Under the pieces are notes generated by a model, which made no database searches, was not told the origin of the DNA, and saw nothing but the letters and a program-made list of their open reading frames with translations. 64,000 nt of DNA from assembly GCA_040882225.1 (NCBI GenBank), contig JBBEBR010000011.1:7576-71575 (forward strand), given 5' to 3'. Origin of the DNA: Balneolaceae bacterium (GTDB taxonomy: Bacteria > Bacteroidota > Rhodothermia > Balneolales > Balneolaceae). Each line of letters begins with the position of its first letter. Within the stretch, counting starts at the first letter, position 1. A program made the translations under genes and the position numbers. Shown here piece by piece: positions 56,380 through 64,000 of this stretch.

Positions 56380-57720
56380 ATGGGAAAAACCAAAGCCAAA
56401 TCACTGGAGCTTCATCTTAAAAAAAGTACCGAAAAGCATTTCGGCAGCAAGCACTTTTTTATTTTGGGCGTAAGTGGCGGACCGGATTCTATGGCTCTTC
56501 TGTACCTCTTCCATAAGCTGAATTTAAAAGCATTAGTGGTGCATATAAATTATGGGAAGCGCGGCGAGCAATCAGATTTAGATCAGGAGTTGGTGGAGCA
56601 GTTGGCTTTTCAGTGGAATTTAGAGTGCTGTTCTGTACGGCTTAATTCTAAAGAAGCGAAGGGTGAGAATTTTCAGAGCTGGGCACGAAACGAGCGTTAT
56701 CAGATTTTTCGGGATTTGAAAACTGCTCATCGTGCTGATGCCATAGTTACTGCTCATCATCAGGATGATCAGGTAGAAACCATCTTGCAGAAAATTTTAC
56801 GGGGAAGCTCCCCTGCTGCATGGCAGGGAATGAAAGAAAGGGAAGAGGATCTGTATCGGCCATTACTCAATTTCACAAAACAAGAAATTCTGGATTATTG
56901 CGAAACAGAAGCGGTTCCTTACAGAACAGATGAAAGCAATATTGAAGCAGGTTTTGCTCGAAACTTTATCCGGCATTCTTTATCGAAAGAGCTTGAGGGA
57001 TTTTTCCCGGGGTGGAAACAGAACGTTCTTGCATTGACAGACCAAGGAGTATTATTTGAGGAAAGCCTTAAGGTGATTACCGCGCAAGTGTTTGATGGGG
57101 AAAAAATAAACCTCACTAAATTTGGAAATTTGCCATCGGTTCTTAAATCTGCGGTAATAAAAAATATCCTGGATTTGCTGGATGAAGCGGTGACTTATTC
57201 CAAAGGGATGTTGAAAGAATTAGCCCAAATCGATCAGCTGCAAACTGGGAAATCGCTTGAAGCCGGTAAGGTAATTTTTACCCGAAACCGAGACGAGGTG
57301 CGCATCCAAAGGAAGAAAAAGACGACAGGCAAACCGATAGAAATTTCGGAAGATAATGCTGCTTCGGGTTTTGGAGGTGGAAATGTCGTCATCAAAAAAA
57401 CCAAAAATAAAAAAGCACAATCGGCCTTGAAACTGGATTACGAGAAGCTTTACTGGCCTCTGAATTTGCGAATTTGGCAGAAAGGGGACTTTTTTAAACC
57501 ACTTGGAATGGAAGGCACTCAAAAAATTTCTCATCATCTTACGAACAGGAAAATCCCCTCACATTTAAAGGAAAAAGCCTTGGTATTGTGCGGATCAGAT
57601 GGTACTATTTACGCCATTATTTATCCCGGGCCGGCGCAGAATTTAGAGAAGGGTGCAATTTCTGAACTGGTAAAATGTGAGGATAAAACAAAAACCTATT
57701 TGACTATAATATTTGAATAA
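56380..57720 (+). CDS. tilS: tRNA(Ile)-lysidine synthetase
   Basis: GVSGGPDSMALL, ARNERY, TAHHQDDQVET, RPLL, DESN...RNFIRH. Confidence 0.95.
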   Translation: MGKTKAKSLELHLKKSTEKHFGSKHFFILGVSGGPDSMALLYLFHKLNLKALVVHINYGKRGEQSDLDQELVEQLAFQWNLECCSVRLNSKEAKGENFQSWARNERYQIFRDLKTAHRADAIVTAHHQDDQVETILQKILRGSSPAAWQGMKEREEDLYRPLLNFTKQEILDYCETEAVPYRTDESNIEAGFARNFIRHSLSKELEGFFPGWKQNVLALTDQGVLFEESLKVITAQVFDGEKINLTKFGNLPSVLKSAVIKNILDLLDEAVTYSKGMLKELAQIDQLQTGKSLEAGKVIFTRNRDEVRIQRKKKTTGKPIEISEDNAASGFGGGNVVIKKTKNKKAQSALKLDYEKLYWPLNLRIWQKGDFFKPLGMEGTQKISHHLTNRKIPSHLKEKALVLCGSDGTIYAIIYPGPAQNLEKGAISELVKCEDKTKTYLTIIFE

Positions 57721-58292
57721 TGAGTTCAACTTTCCATCAGCCGGAAACGGTAGTTTGTAACGGTGAAAATTTCAAAGTCTTTATCACAAGAGATCAGCTT
57801 GAGGAGCGCCTTGCTCAGCTTGGATATCAACTGGACAAGGATTTTGAGGATAAAAAACCCATCTTCATTGGAATATTAAATGGAGCTTTTATTTTTCTGG
57901 CTGATATTATGCGTCATGTGAGCATTGCCTGTGAAGTAGATTTTATGAAGTTGAGCAGTTATGGCGACGAGAAGGTTTCCTCGGGACAAGTTACCGAGCT
58001 CAAACATATTGACGCCAAAATTGAAGGCCGGCATGTTATTCTGGTTGAAGATATAATAGATACTGGGCTTTCTATGAATTACCTGCTCAAGAATGTTCGG
58101 GAAAGTAATCCCGCATCTATTTCTGTTGTTACTCTGCTACACAAAAAAGAAGCGACTAAACACCCTGTGCAAATTGATTATGTGGGGTTTGAAATACCTA
58201 ACGCATTTGTCTTGGGTTATGGATTAGATTATGCACAAGAAGGCCGGAATCTTGCCCAAATTTATGTGCTTGATAAAGACGGCAACGGGTAG
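57720..58292 (+). CDS. hpt: Hypoxanthine phosphoribosyltransferase
   Basis: GILNGAFIFLAD, LVEDIIDTG, GFEIPNAFVLGYGLDY. Confidence 0.96.
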   Translation: MSSTFHQPETVVCNGENFKVFITRDQLEERLAQLGYQLDKDFEDKKPIFIGILNGAFIFLADIMRHVSIACEVDFMKLSSYGDEKVSSGQVTELKHIDAKIEGRHVILVEDIIDTGLSMNYLLKNVRESNPASISVVTLLHKKEATKHPVQIDYVGFEIPNAFVLGYGLDYAQEGRNLAQIYVLDKDGNG

Positions 58293-58356
58293 ATTTAGTG
58301 TTGAAGAGACATAAATCAGCCGTATCGAAAAGTTGCTATTAGACGCAAAAGCTCGC

Positions 58357-58364
58357 TATATTTG
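58357..58364 (+). promoter_or_regulatory. Bacteroidota-type -7 promoter element for tRNA-Ser
   Basis: TATATTTG (TAnnTTTG) 15 nt before the tRNA, with TTG about 25 nt further upstream. Confidence 0.55.
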
Positions 58365-58378
58365 TGACCCTTCAAAAT

Positions 58379-58467
58379 GGAGAGGTGGCTGAGTGGCTGA
58401 AAGCGCTCCCCTGCTAAGGGAGTTTACCCGGAAACGGGTAACGAGGGTTCGAATCCCTCCCTCTCCG
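58379..58467 (+). tRNA. tRNA-Ser (anticodon GCT), CCA not encoded
   Basis: Acceptor GGAGAGG/CCTCTCC, anticodon stem CTCCC/GGGAG with loop CTGCTAA, long variable arm TACCCG-GAAA-CGGGTA, GGTTCGAATCC, discriminator G. Confidence 0.97.
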
Positions 58468-58481
58468 CATTCTTTTTTTTT

Positions 58482-58592
58482 CCGGAAACGGGTAACGCGG
58501 GTTCTGCCGGAGGCATCCCGTTGGGAGAATCCCTCCCTCTGTGCATTCTCTTTTACTTTCTGGAAACGGGTAACGTGGGTTCTGCCAAAGGA
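58482..58592 (+). repeat. Two degenerate tandem copies of the tRNA-Ser 3' half
   Basis: CCGGAAACGGGTAACGCGGGTTC..GAATCCCTCCCTCTGTGCA (58482-58545) and CTGGAAACGGGTAACGTGGGTTC (58560-58582). Confidence 0.9.
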
Positions 58593-58795
58593 ATCCGATC
58601 AACGAATGGCGAAGCACGATTTGATAAGTTATAGATGGGGCATCCAAATTGGCTCCGGATAAACTTTGGAAATTTGCTTTCCATCGTTCGGCTCACTCTG
58701 AACAGGACAAAACTAAATACTTGGAGAGACGCATGATGGAAGTGAGCTTTTCCGAAATGATCTGCGGTTGATGAACTGAAAGTTATTGAGCTTAA

Positions 58796-58825
58796 CCTCT
58801 CGGCTCAACGAGCCGGGGTACTTTT
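58796..58825. terminator. Hairpin between convergent tRNA region and rarA, possible terminator
   Basis: CCTCTCGGCTC-AAC-GAGCCGGGG followed by TACTTTT. Confidence 0.4.
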
Positions 58826-58831
58826 AACTGC

Positions 58832-60184
58832 TTACCTCTTCTTGATTTCACTCCATCGCTTCCAGAGCAAGGCTTCTCTGCCTTGATCGCCCGCTTCATA
58901 CCAGGATTTATTTTTCAGCTCTTCAGGTAGATACTGCTGATCTACCCAATGATTTGGATGACTGTGAGGATATTTGTAATCCTTTGAAGCATTTTCAACC
59001 CCCAAATATTTGGCTCCGAGTTTATTCGCCGTTTTATCTTTCAAATAAGGAGGAACCCCTTTTGCACCTCGTTGTTTGATTTCTTCATTAACAGAAAAAA
59101 TGGCTCCTGTACTGTTACTTTTGGGACATATACTGAGGTACAAACAAGCATGAGATAAAAAGTACATTCCCTCAGGCATGCCGCATTTCATGAAAGCTTC
59201 GTGGCAGGAATTTACTACAGTAATAGCATTTGGTTCGGCTAAACCCACATCTTCGCTGGAAAAAATAAACATACGCCGAAAAATAAAGTTGGGGTCATCG
59301 CCACCCTCCAGCATTGCGTTCATCCAATATAAAGCTGCATTAGGATCTGAGCCGCGCATCGATTTAATAAAAGCCGAGGCATAATGATAGTGTTCGTCTC
59401 CGGTTCTGTCGTAACGCACGTTTCGCTGTTGAATGCTTTCTTTAGCTATTTCCAGAGTTATGTTGATGGCTCCGGCTTCATCAGCTTCGCTTGAAAGAAC
59501 AGCTACTTCAAGAGCGTTTAATGCATTTCGGATATCACCCCCGGCATACTCCGCCAGATGTTCGAGCGCTGCTTCGCTTATGTTGATATTCTTTTTACCG
59601 AGTCCACGCTCCTCGTCAGAAAGCGCGCGCTTTAGCATTAGGTAAACTTCATCATAATGCAAAGGGTGGAGTTCAAATAGCTGACAACGGGAAAGGAGGG
59701 GATTTACCAGCGAATAGAACGGATTTTCAGTTGTGGCTCCCACCAAAGTAATAATTCCAGATTCAAGATGAGGCAGCAGCGCGTCCTGTTGGGCTTTGTT
59801 CCAGCGATGGATTTCATCAACAAAAAGAATGGTTTTTCGGCCGTTAAGCTTTCTGAGTTTTTCAGCTTTATCTACCACATTCCGGAGTTCTTTAATGCCA
59901 TCTAAAACCGCGTTTATAACCTCGAACTGTGCTTTTATTTCACGGGAAATTACGTGAGCAAGAGTTGTTTTACCTGAGCTTGGAGGGCCATAAAAAATCA
60001 AAGAACCAATCACCCCCGCTTCAATCATTCGGCGCAGCATTTTTCCTTCCCCAACGAGATGTTCCTGTCCCGCAAATTCATCTAAAGATTGTGGCCGCAT
60101 TCTTGTAGCCAAAGGCTCGCTGTACTGCGGATTTTCTTTATTGTTTTGAAAGGAGTTTGACTTTTTGTCTTCGAATAAATCCAT
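58832..60184 (-). CDS. rarA: Replication-associated recombination protein A (MgsA/RarA AAA+ ATPase)
   Basis: [65 protein letters not shown]; ATG 60184. Confidence 0.95.
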   Translation of the reverse strand: MDLFEDKKSNSFQNNKENPQYSEPLATRMRPQSLDEFAGQEHLVGEGKMLRRMIEAGVIGSLIFYGPPSSGKTTLAHVISREIKAQFEVINAVLDGIKELRNVVDKAEKLRKLNGRKTILFVDEIHRWNKAQQDALLPHLESGIITLVGATTENPFYSLVNPLLSRCQLFELHPLHYDEVYLMLKRALSDEERGLGKKNINISEAALEHLAEYAGGDIRNALNALEVAVLSSEADEAGAINITLEIAKESIQQRNVRYDRTGDEHYHYASAFIKSMRGSDPNAALYWMNAMLEGGDDPNFIFRRMFIFSSEDVGLAEPNAITVVNSCHEAFMKCGMPEGMYFLSHACLYLSICPKSNSTGAIFSVNEEIKQRGAKGVPPYLKDKTANKLGAKYLGVENASKDYKYPHSHPNHWVDQQYLPEELKNKSWYEAGDQGREALLWKRWSEIKKR

Positions 60185-60470
60185 GCCGGTTTCAATGGGT
60201 AATGAAGAACGTATAAGGTAGAAGATTAAAATCTCCAATAAAATTCAACAGCATAATTTATTAAGGATTTTTGCTGCTGTTGAACTTGCATAAGAGCCTT
60301 CTTTTTCGTGTGCACGATACTGAATGGAAATCCCCGCAATTGAAACGGTGAGAATATTGCAGATGTCTTTTTTTCTAATTTTATTCCTGTTTGCTATTAG
60401 TATATCTTAATAGTTGTAAAGATTATCACAGTTCAAAAGAAAATCAACGTTTAGGGGAATTACTGGGGAA

Positions 60471-62072
60471 ATGAAAGAGATTGCAACAACTCATTCTGGA
60501 ATTTATAAGCCTTTAACTATGGATTACGCTATAGGGCGTTTATCCAGTAATCTCAATTTTTGGGGGCTTTTTGTCATATGGATTTCAATCATCGCCTTAA
60601 CGATTTCCTCTGTATTTATAGTTGAAAGCTTCTTTGGCTTTTCTGACATCCTTAACCAAGATAAAATCGGGCAGGTATTTCTTATTCAAATCCCCATGCT
60701 TATTGGAATGCTGTTAGTGTTTTGGGTTGGATTTGAATGGGGATTTATTCCTGTGTTTATTTCCACTTTTATTCTGGCATTTACCGCTGCAATGACCTGG
60801 TACTGGGCTCTGTTGTATTCCATTTCATTCACACTGGGTTTAGCGATTTATGCACTTGCCTATTATTGTTTGTCTTTTGATGTAAGCCTTCGATCACTAA
60901 AAAGTTTTGCGTTTTATGTGGTTGTATCCTTGTTCTCTGCGCTTGCATGCTCACTTGGGGCTTTTATCTGGAGCCGTTTTTATCACCTGCCTTTGTTCGA
61001 GACTTTGGTGATCTGGAAAAGCTGGTGGGTAAGTTTATTTCTCCAGGCATTTATTATTGGCGGACCGCTGCTCTACTTTTTCACCCCGGTGATTTATCGG
61101 TTTCGGGAGAAGAAGTTTGAAATTCCCCCAAAAAAAGAAGTATCTCTGACCTGGATCTACTCTACTATTTCTGTAGTGGTTTTTGTGCTTTCTATATTTA
61201 TTATCTCCGCAAAATTACTTGGATCCGAATCCATCAAAGATGAGATGGCGGGAGCTAATATTTCTTCAGCATTACTGGCAAGTATTGTAAGTGTAAACGA
61301 GTCTTTTGAAATTGTAGCCGTCATTTCTATCGCTTTGATATTTTTTATAGGGATTGGCAGCATCTATTTGGTTGGAAGCTGGAACCGAAGCCTACAGACA
61401 GAGGTGAATGAACAAACAAAAGCCTTGCTTACAAATGAAAAGAAACTGAATTCCGCTTTAGGTGAACGAGACCTTTTGTTGAATGAAATTCATGAGCGGG
61501 TTCGAACCAACTTATCAATGGTACTGGCTATTCTGGAATTGCAATTGAAAGGGGGAAACAAGAAAACGAATGAAGAGATACTAAAAGATTCCCATTCCCT
61601 GATTCAGTCTCTCACAATTGTGCACGAATCTATGGCGCAAACCAAAAAATCCGACAGTGTAGATTTAAAAAATTACGCCATCAAACTGTGCAACAGGCTT
61701 GATATGGCGCTTCGAAAAGAAGGCAAACCAATTCAGCTAAAAGTAGATGCAAAAGAAGGATTAATTTTGCCCATGAAGCAGGCCATACCTTTCACCATCA
61801 TTATAAACGAATTGGTTACAAATTCCTGCACACATGGATTTAGTATAGGTCAGAAAGGTTCCGTATCAATCAAAATGTCAAAACAAAAGGGAGAATTGCA
61901 TCTAAAAGTAACAGATAATGGCAATGGATTACCCGACAATTTTGAAGAATTGAAAGCAAAAGGAATTGGATTCAAAGTGTTGCGAGCATTTAGTAAGCAA
62001 CTGAACGCAAATCTTGAAATTATTTCTGGTGATGTTACCTCGGTAAAGATAATAGTGCCCATACAAGAATAA
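60471..62072 (+). CDS. Membrane sensor histidine kinase-like protein (HisKA_2 type)
   Basis: Multi-TM N-terminus; EIHERVRTNL H-box variant, INELVTNS, DNGNGLP, GIGFKV. Confidence 0.85.
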   Translation: MKEIATTHSGIYKPLTMDYAIGRLSSNLNFWGLFVIWISIIALTISSVFIVESFFGFSDILNQDKIGQVFLIQIPMLIGMLLVFWVGFEWGFIPVFISTFILAFTAAMTWYWALLYSISFTLGLAIYALAYYCLSFDVSLRSLKSFAFYVVVSLFSALACSLGAFIWSRFYHLPLFETLVIWKSWWVSLFLQAFIIGGPLLYFFTPVIYRFREKKFEIPPKKEVSLTWIYSTISVVVFVLSIFIISAKLLGSESIKDEMAGANISSALLASIVSVNESFEIVAVISIALIFFIGIGSIYLVGSWNRSLQTEVNEQTKALLTNEKKLNSALGERDLLLNEIHERVRTNLSMVLAILELQLKGGNKKTNEEILKDSHSLIQSLTIVHESMAQTKKSDSVDLKNYAIKLCNRLDMALRKEGKPIQLKVDAKEGLILPMKQAIPFTIIINELVTNSCTHGFSIGQKGSVSIKMSKQKGELHLKVTDNGNGLPDNFEELKAKGIGFKVLRAFSKQLNANLEIISGDVTSVKIIVPIQE

Positions 62073-62150
62073 TTTCACCCCGTATAAAGAATTAGTTCTT
62101 GTAAGCCTCATGCTGTTTTGTAAATTACAAGAAAACTAAAGTTCAGGAAC

Positions 62151-62696
62151 ATGAAACGATTTATACCTCTTACCGCACTTATAATTTTCATTTTTTCAGC
62201 GAGTACGCTTGCTCAGTTCGAAATCGGAGCCTCTTACGAGTTAAGAGATGAAGACCCACAAAGTGGCTTTGGCCTTCGCATTCAAAAGGGATTTACGGAA
62301 GCCTTGCCTATGATTGATATCGGCATAAGAGCACACGCCAGCTATTTCAACGAGCAGAATAGTTTGTCACAATCCGGGGCTACTTATTCACAAGATTTCA
62401 CCAATTATGATTTTGGAGTTGCAGCGTACGGTGGGATTTCTCTCGGTTTGTTGCAGCCTTACGTGGGATTAGGCTTGGGCTCAGAAACCACCGACCTAAG
62501 TTCGGATGATGTGCAGGGAGAAAATCGGGATGAGTCAAATATTTATTGGAATACTTTTGCTGGTGCTAAAGTTACAGTAATACCATTCTTGAAGCCCTTT
62601 CTGGAATATCGTTACTCAAATAAGCAGTTGAGTGAACCAACATTAGCGGATGCTCAGAATGGCCGTATCATATTTGGAATATCTCTTAGTTTCTGA
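62151..62696 (+). CDS. Small outer-membrane beta-barrel protein
   Basis: Signal peptide, alternating amphipathic strands, PYVGLGLG, C-terminal Phe. Confidence 0.75.
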   Translation: MKRFIPLTALIIFIFSASTLAQFEIGASYELRDEDPQSGFGLRIQKGFTEALPMIDIGIRAHASYFNEQNSLSQSGATYSQDFTNYDFGVAAYGGISLGLLQPYVGLGLGSETTDLSSDDVQGENRDESNIYWNTFAGAKVTVIPFLKPFLEYRYSNKQLSEPTLADAQNGRIIFGISLSF

Positions 62697-62711
62697 AAAT
62701 TTTGTGGTTTG

Positions 62712-62738
62712 AAAGCGGATAATCACTCCGCTTTTTTT
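62712..62738 (+). terminator. Rho-independent terminator
   Basis: AAAGCGGA-TAATCAC-TCCGCTTT followed by T run. Confidence 0.8.
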
Positions 62739-62821
62739 ATATCCTTATTGTATCAGAAGTGCAAACCAATTACGTTATTAATACTTTGGAACTCCCTAAA
62801 GGAAGGTTTTTATAATAACAA

Positions 62822-64000
62822 ATGAGTAAAGTAGCTACCATAGATAAATATGATCTAAAAGGTCATAAACTAAAGAAAGCGCAGAAAGAAGATCTGAAGC
62901 AGCTGTTAGAGGTATGCCACGAACACATTGAAAATGTAAATGATGAGGCCATTACCTGGGCTTTCAAACTTTGCTATCTCTCGCACGAAGGCATGACCCG
63001 CGCCTCTCACGAACCGTATTATTATCACCCGGTTGAAGTTGCCAAAATTGTAGCTCGTGAAATCAATATCGATGATATTTCCGTGATAGCTTCGTTGCTG
63101 CACGATACCGTCGAAGATACGGATGTAAACCTTGATGATATCCGCCATTGGTTTGGGGAAGATGTAGCCATAATTATTGACGGTGTCACCAAAATAGCCG
63201 GTGTTTTCAAAAGCAGAGACAGTAAACAGGCCGAAGCTTTTATGAAATTGTTGCTTTCCATGGCAGAGGACATCCGGGTTGTTCTTATCAAATTTGCCGA
63301 CCGCCTGCACAATATGCGTACTATTCAGCATTTAAAGCGCGAAAAGCAGATAAAAATTGCTTCAGAAACAATGGAGCTATATGCGCCGCTTGCTCATCGG
63401 TTTGGGTTGTTTAGGATTAAAAATGAACTCGAGGATTTATGCTTCAAAACTATAGATCCCACTTCTTTCAAATTTGTTGCCCGGAAATTGCGCGAGAAGA
63501 AAGAAGACCGGGAGGAGTTCATACATGAATTCATGGATCCAATTGATAAAGAATTCAGAAAGTTAAATTTCAATTTTGAAATAAAAGGCCGGCCAAAGCA
63601 CATTTTTTCTATTTACAGGAAAATGCAACGGCAACAAAAACCTTTTGAAGAAATTTATGATCTCTTCGCCATTCGCATCATCCTTGAGAATCCTCATACA
63701 AAAGAGGATTGCTGGAGGGTTTACTCTATTATCACCGACTGGTATACACCTATTCCGGAACGTTTCAGAGATTTTATTTCGGTGCCAAAAGCTAATGGAT
63801 ATCAATCGCTACACACAACGGTAATCACCAATAAAGGCAAGAAAGTGGAGGTTCAGATCCGAACCCGGCGTATGGATGAAATTGCCGAAAAAGGGCTTGC
63901 CGCTCACTGGAAGTATAAAGAAGGAGCACAGCAAGGTTCTGAAACCCTTGATAAGTTTGTGAATTGGGTGCGCGATGTGCTGGATAATCCCCGACCCGAT
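62822..64000 (+). CDS. Bifunctional (p)ppGpp synthetase/hydrolase RelA/SpoT, 3' truncated by window (absent from the ORF track)
   Basis: ATG 62822 open to the window end: EPYYYHPVEVA, LLHDTVEDT, IKFADRLHNMRT, GRPKHIFSIYRKM, YDLFAIRI, PKANGYQSLHTTV, EVQIRT, AAHWKYKEG. Confidence 0.96.
   Translation, partial: MSKVATIDKYDLKGHKLKKAQKEDLKQLLEVCHEHIENVNDEAITWAFKLCYLSHEGMTRASHEPYYYHPVEVAKIVAREINIDDISVIASLLHDTVEDTDVNLDDIRHWFGEDVAIIIDGVTKIAGVFKSRDSKQAEAFMKLLLSMAEDIRVVLIKFADRLHNMRTIQHLKREKQIKIASETMELYAPLAHRFGLFRIKNELEDLCFKTIDPTSFKFVARKLREKKEDREEFIHEFMDPIDKEFRKLNFNFEIKGRPKHIFSIYRKMQRQQKPFEEIYDLFAIRIILENPHTKEDCWRVYSIITDWYTPIPERFRDFISVPKANGYQSLHTTVITNKGKKVEVQIRTRRMDEIAEKGLAAHWKYKEGAQQGSETLDKFVNWVRDVLDNPRPD

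Noticed and set aside
56380-58292. tilS-hpt coupling as a novelty
   Set aside because: This is a well-known conserved gene pair.
58393-58662. 89-aa (+) and 77-aa (-) ORFs with internal repeats
   Set aside because: They are translations of tRNA-Ser and its duplicated 3' halves.

Overview
Mostly housekeeping chromosome of an FCB-group bacterium. Gene content and style suggest Balneolaceae (Rhodohalobacter/Gracilimonas-like); this is inference, not a database result. Backbone genes are tgt, a WcaJ-type sugar transferase, a Dpm1-like GT2, accA, cdsA, hflX, aroA, hsp20-dnaK, lysA, hisS, gatC, ptsH-ptsI-pgi/pmi, birA, tilS, hpt, tRNA-Ser(GCT), rarA and the 5' part of rel/spoT. The accessory zone (about 36.5-45.1 kb) holds three identical 35-bp direct repeats bracketing a PemK-type toxin-antitoxin cassette and a Fic cassette. 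It also holds a visibly AT-richer surface-glycan block (wzx, wecF-, wecE-, acyltransferase-, wecD-like and methyltransferase genes) that ends at a frameshifted GT4 remnant. Other notable signals: tandem degenerate copies of the tRNA-Ser 3' half with a double-hairpin insert in the T-loop; a sigma54 promoter before hsp20-dnaK; a TIM-barrel/CPA2-USP/APC-EIIA-RCK_C cluster; a HisKA_2 kinase with Glu at the usual phospho-His position; and several REP-like intergenic hairpins. No CRISPR array, rRNA, integrase or transposase was found. Family calls come from motif recognition by eye, not from searches.
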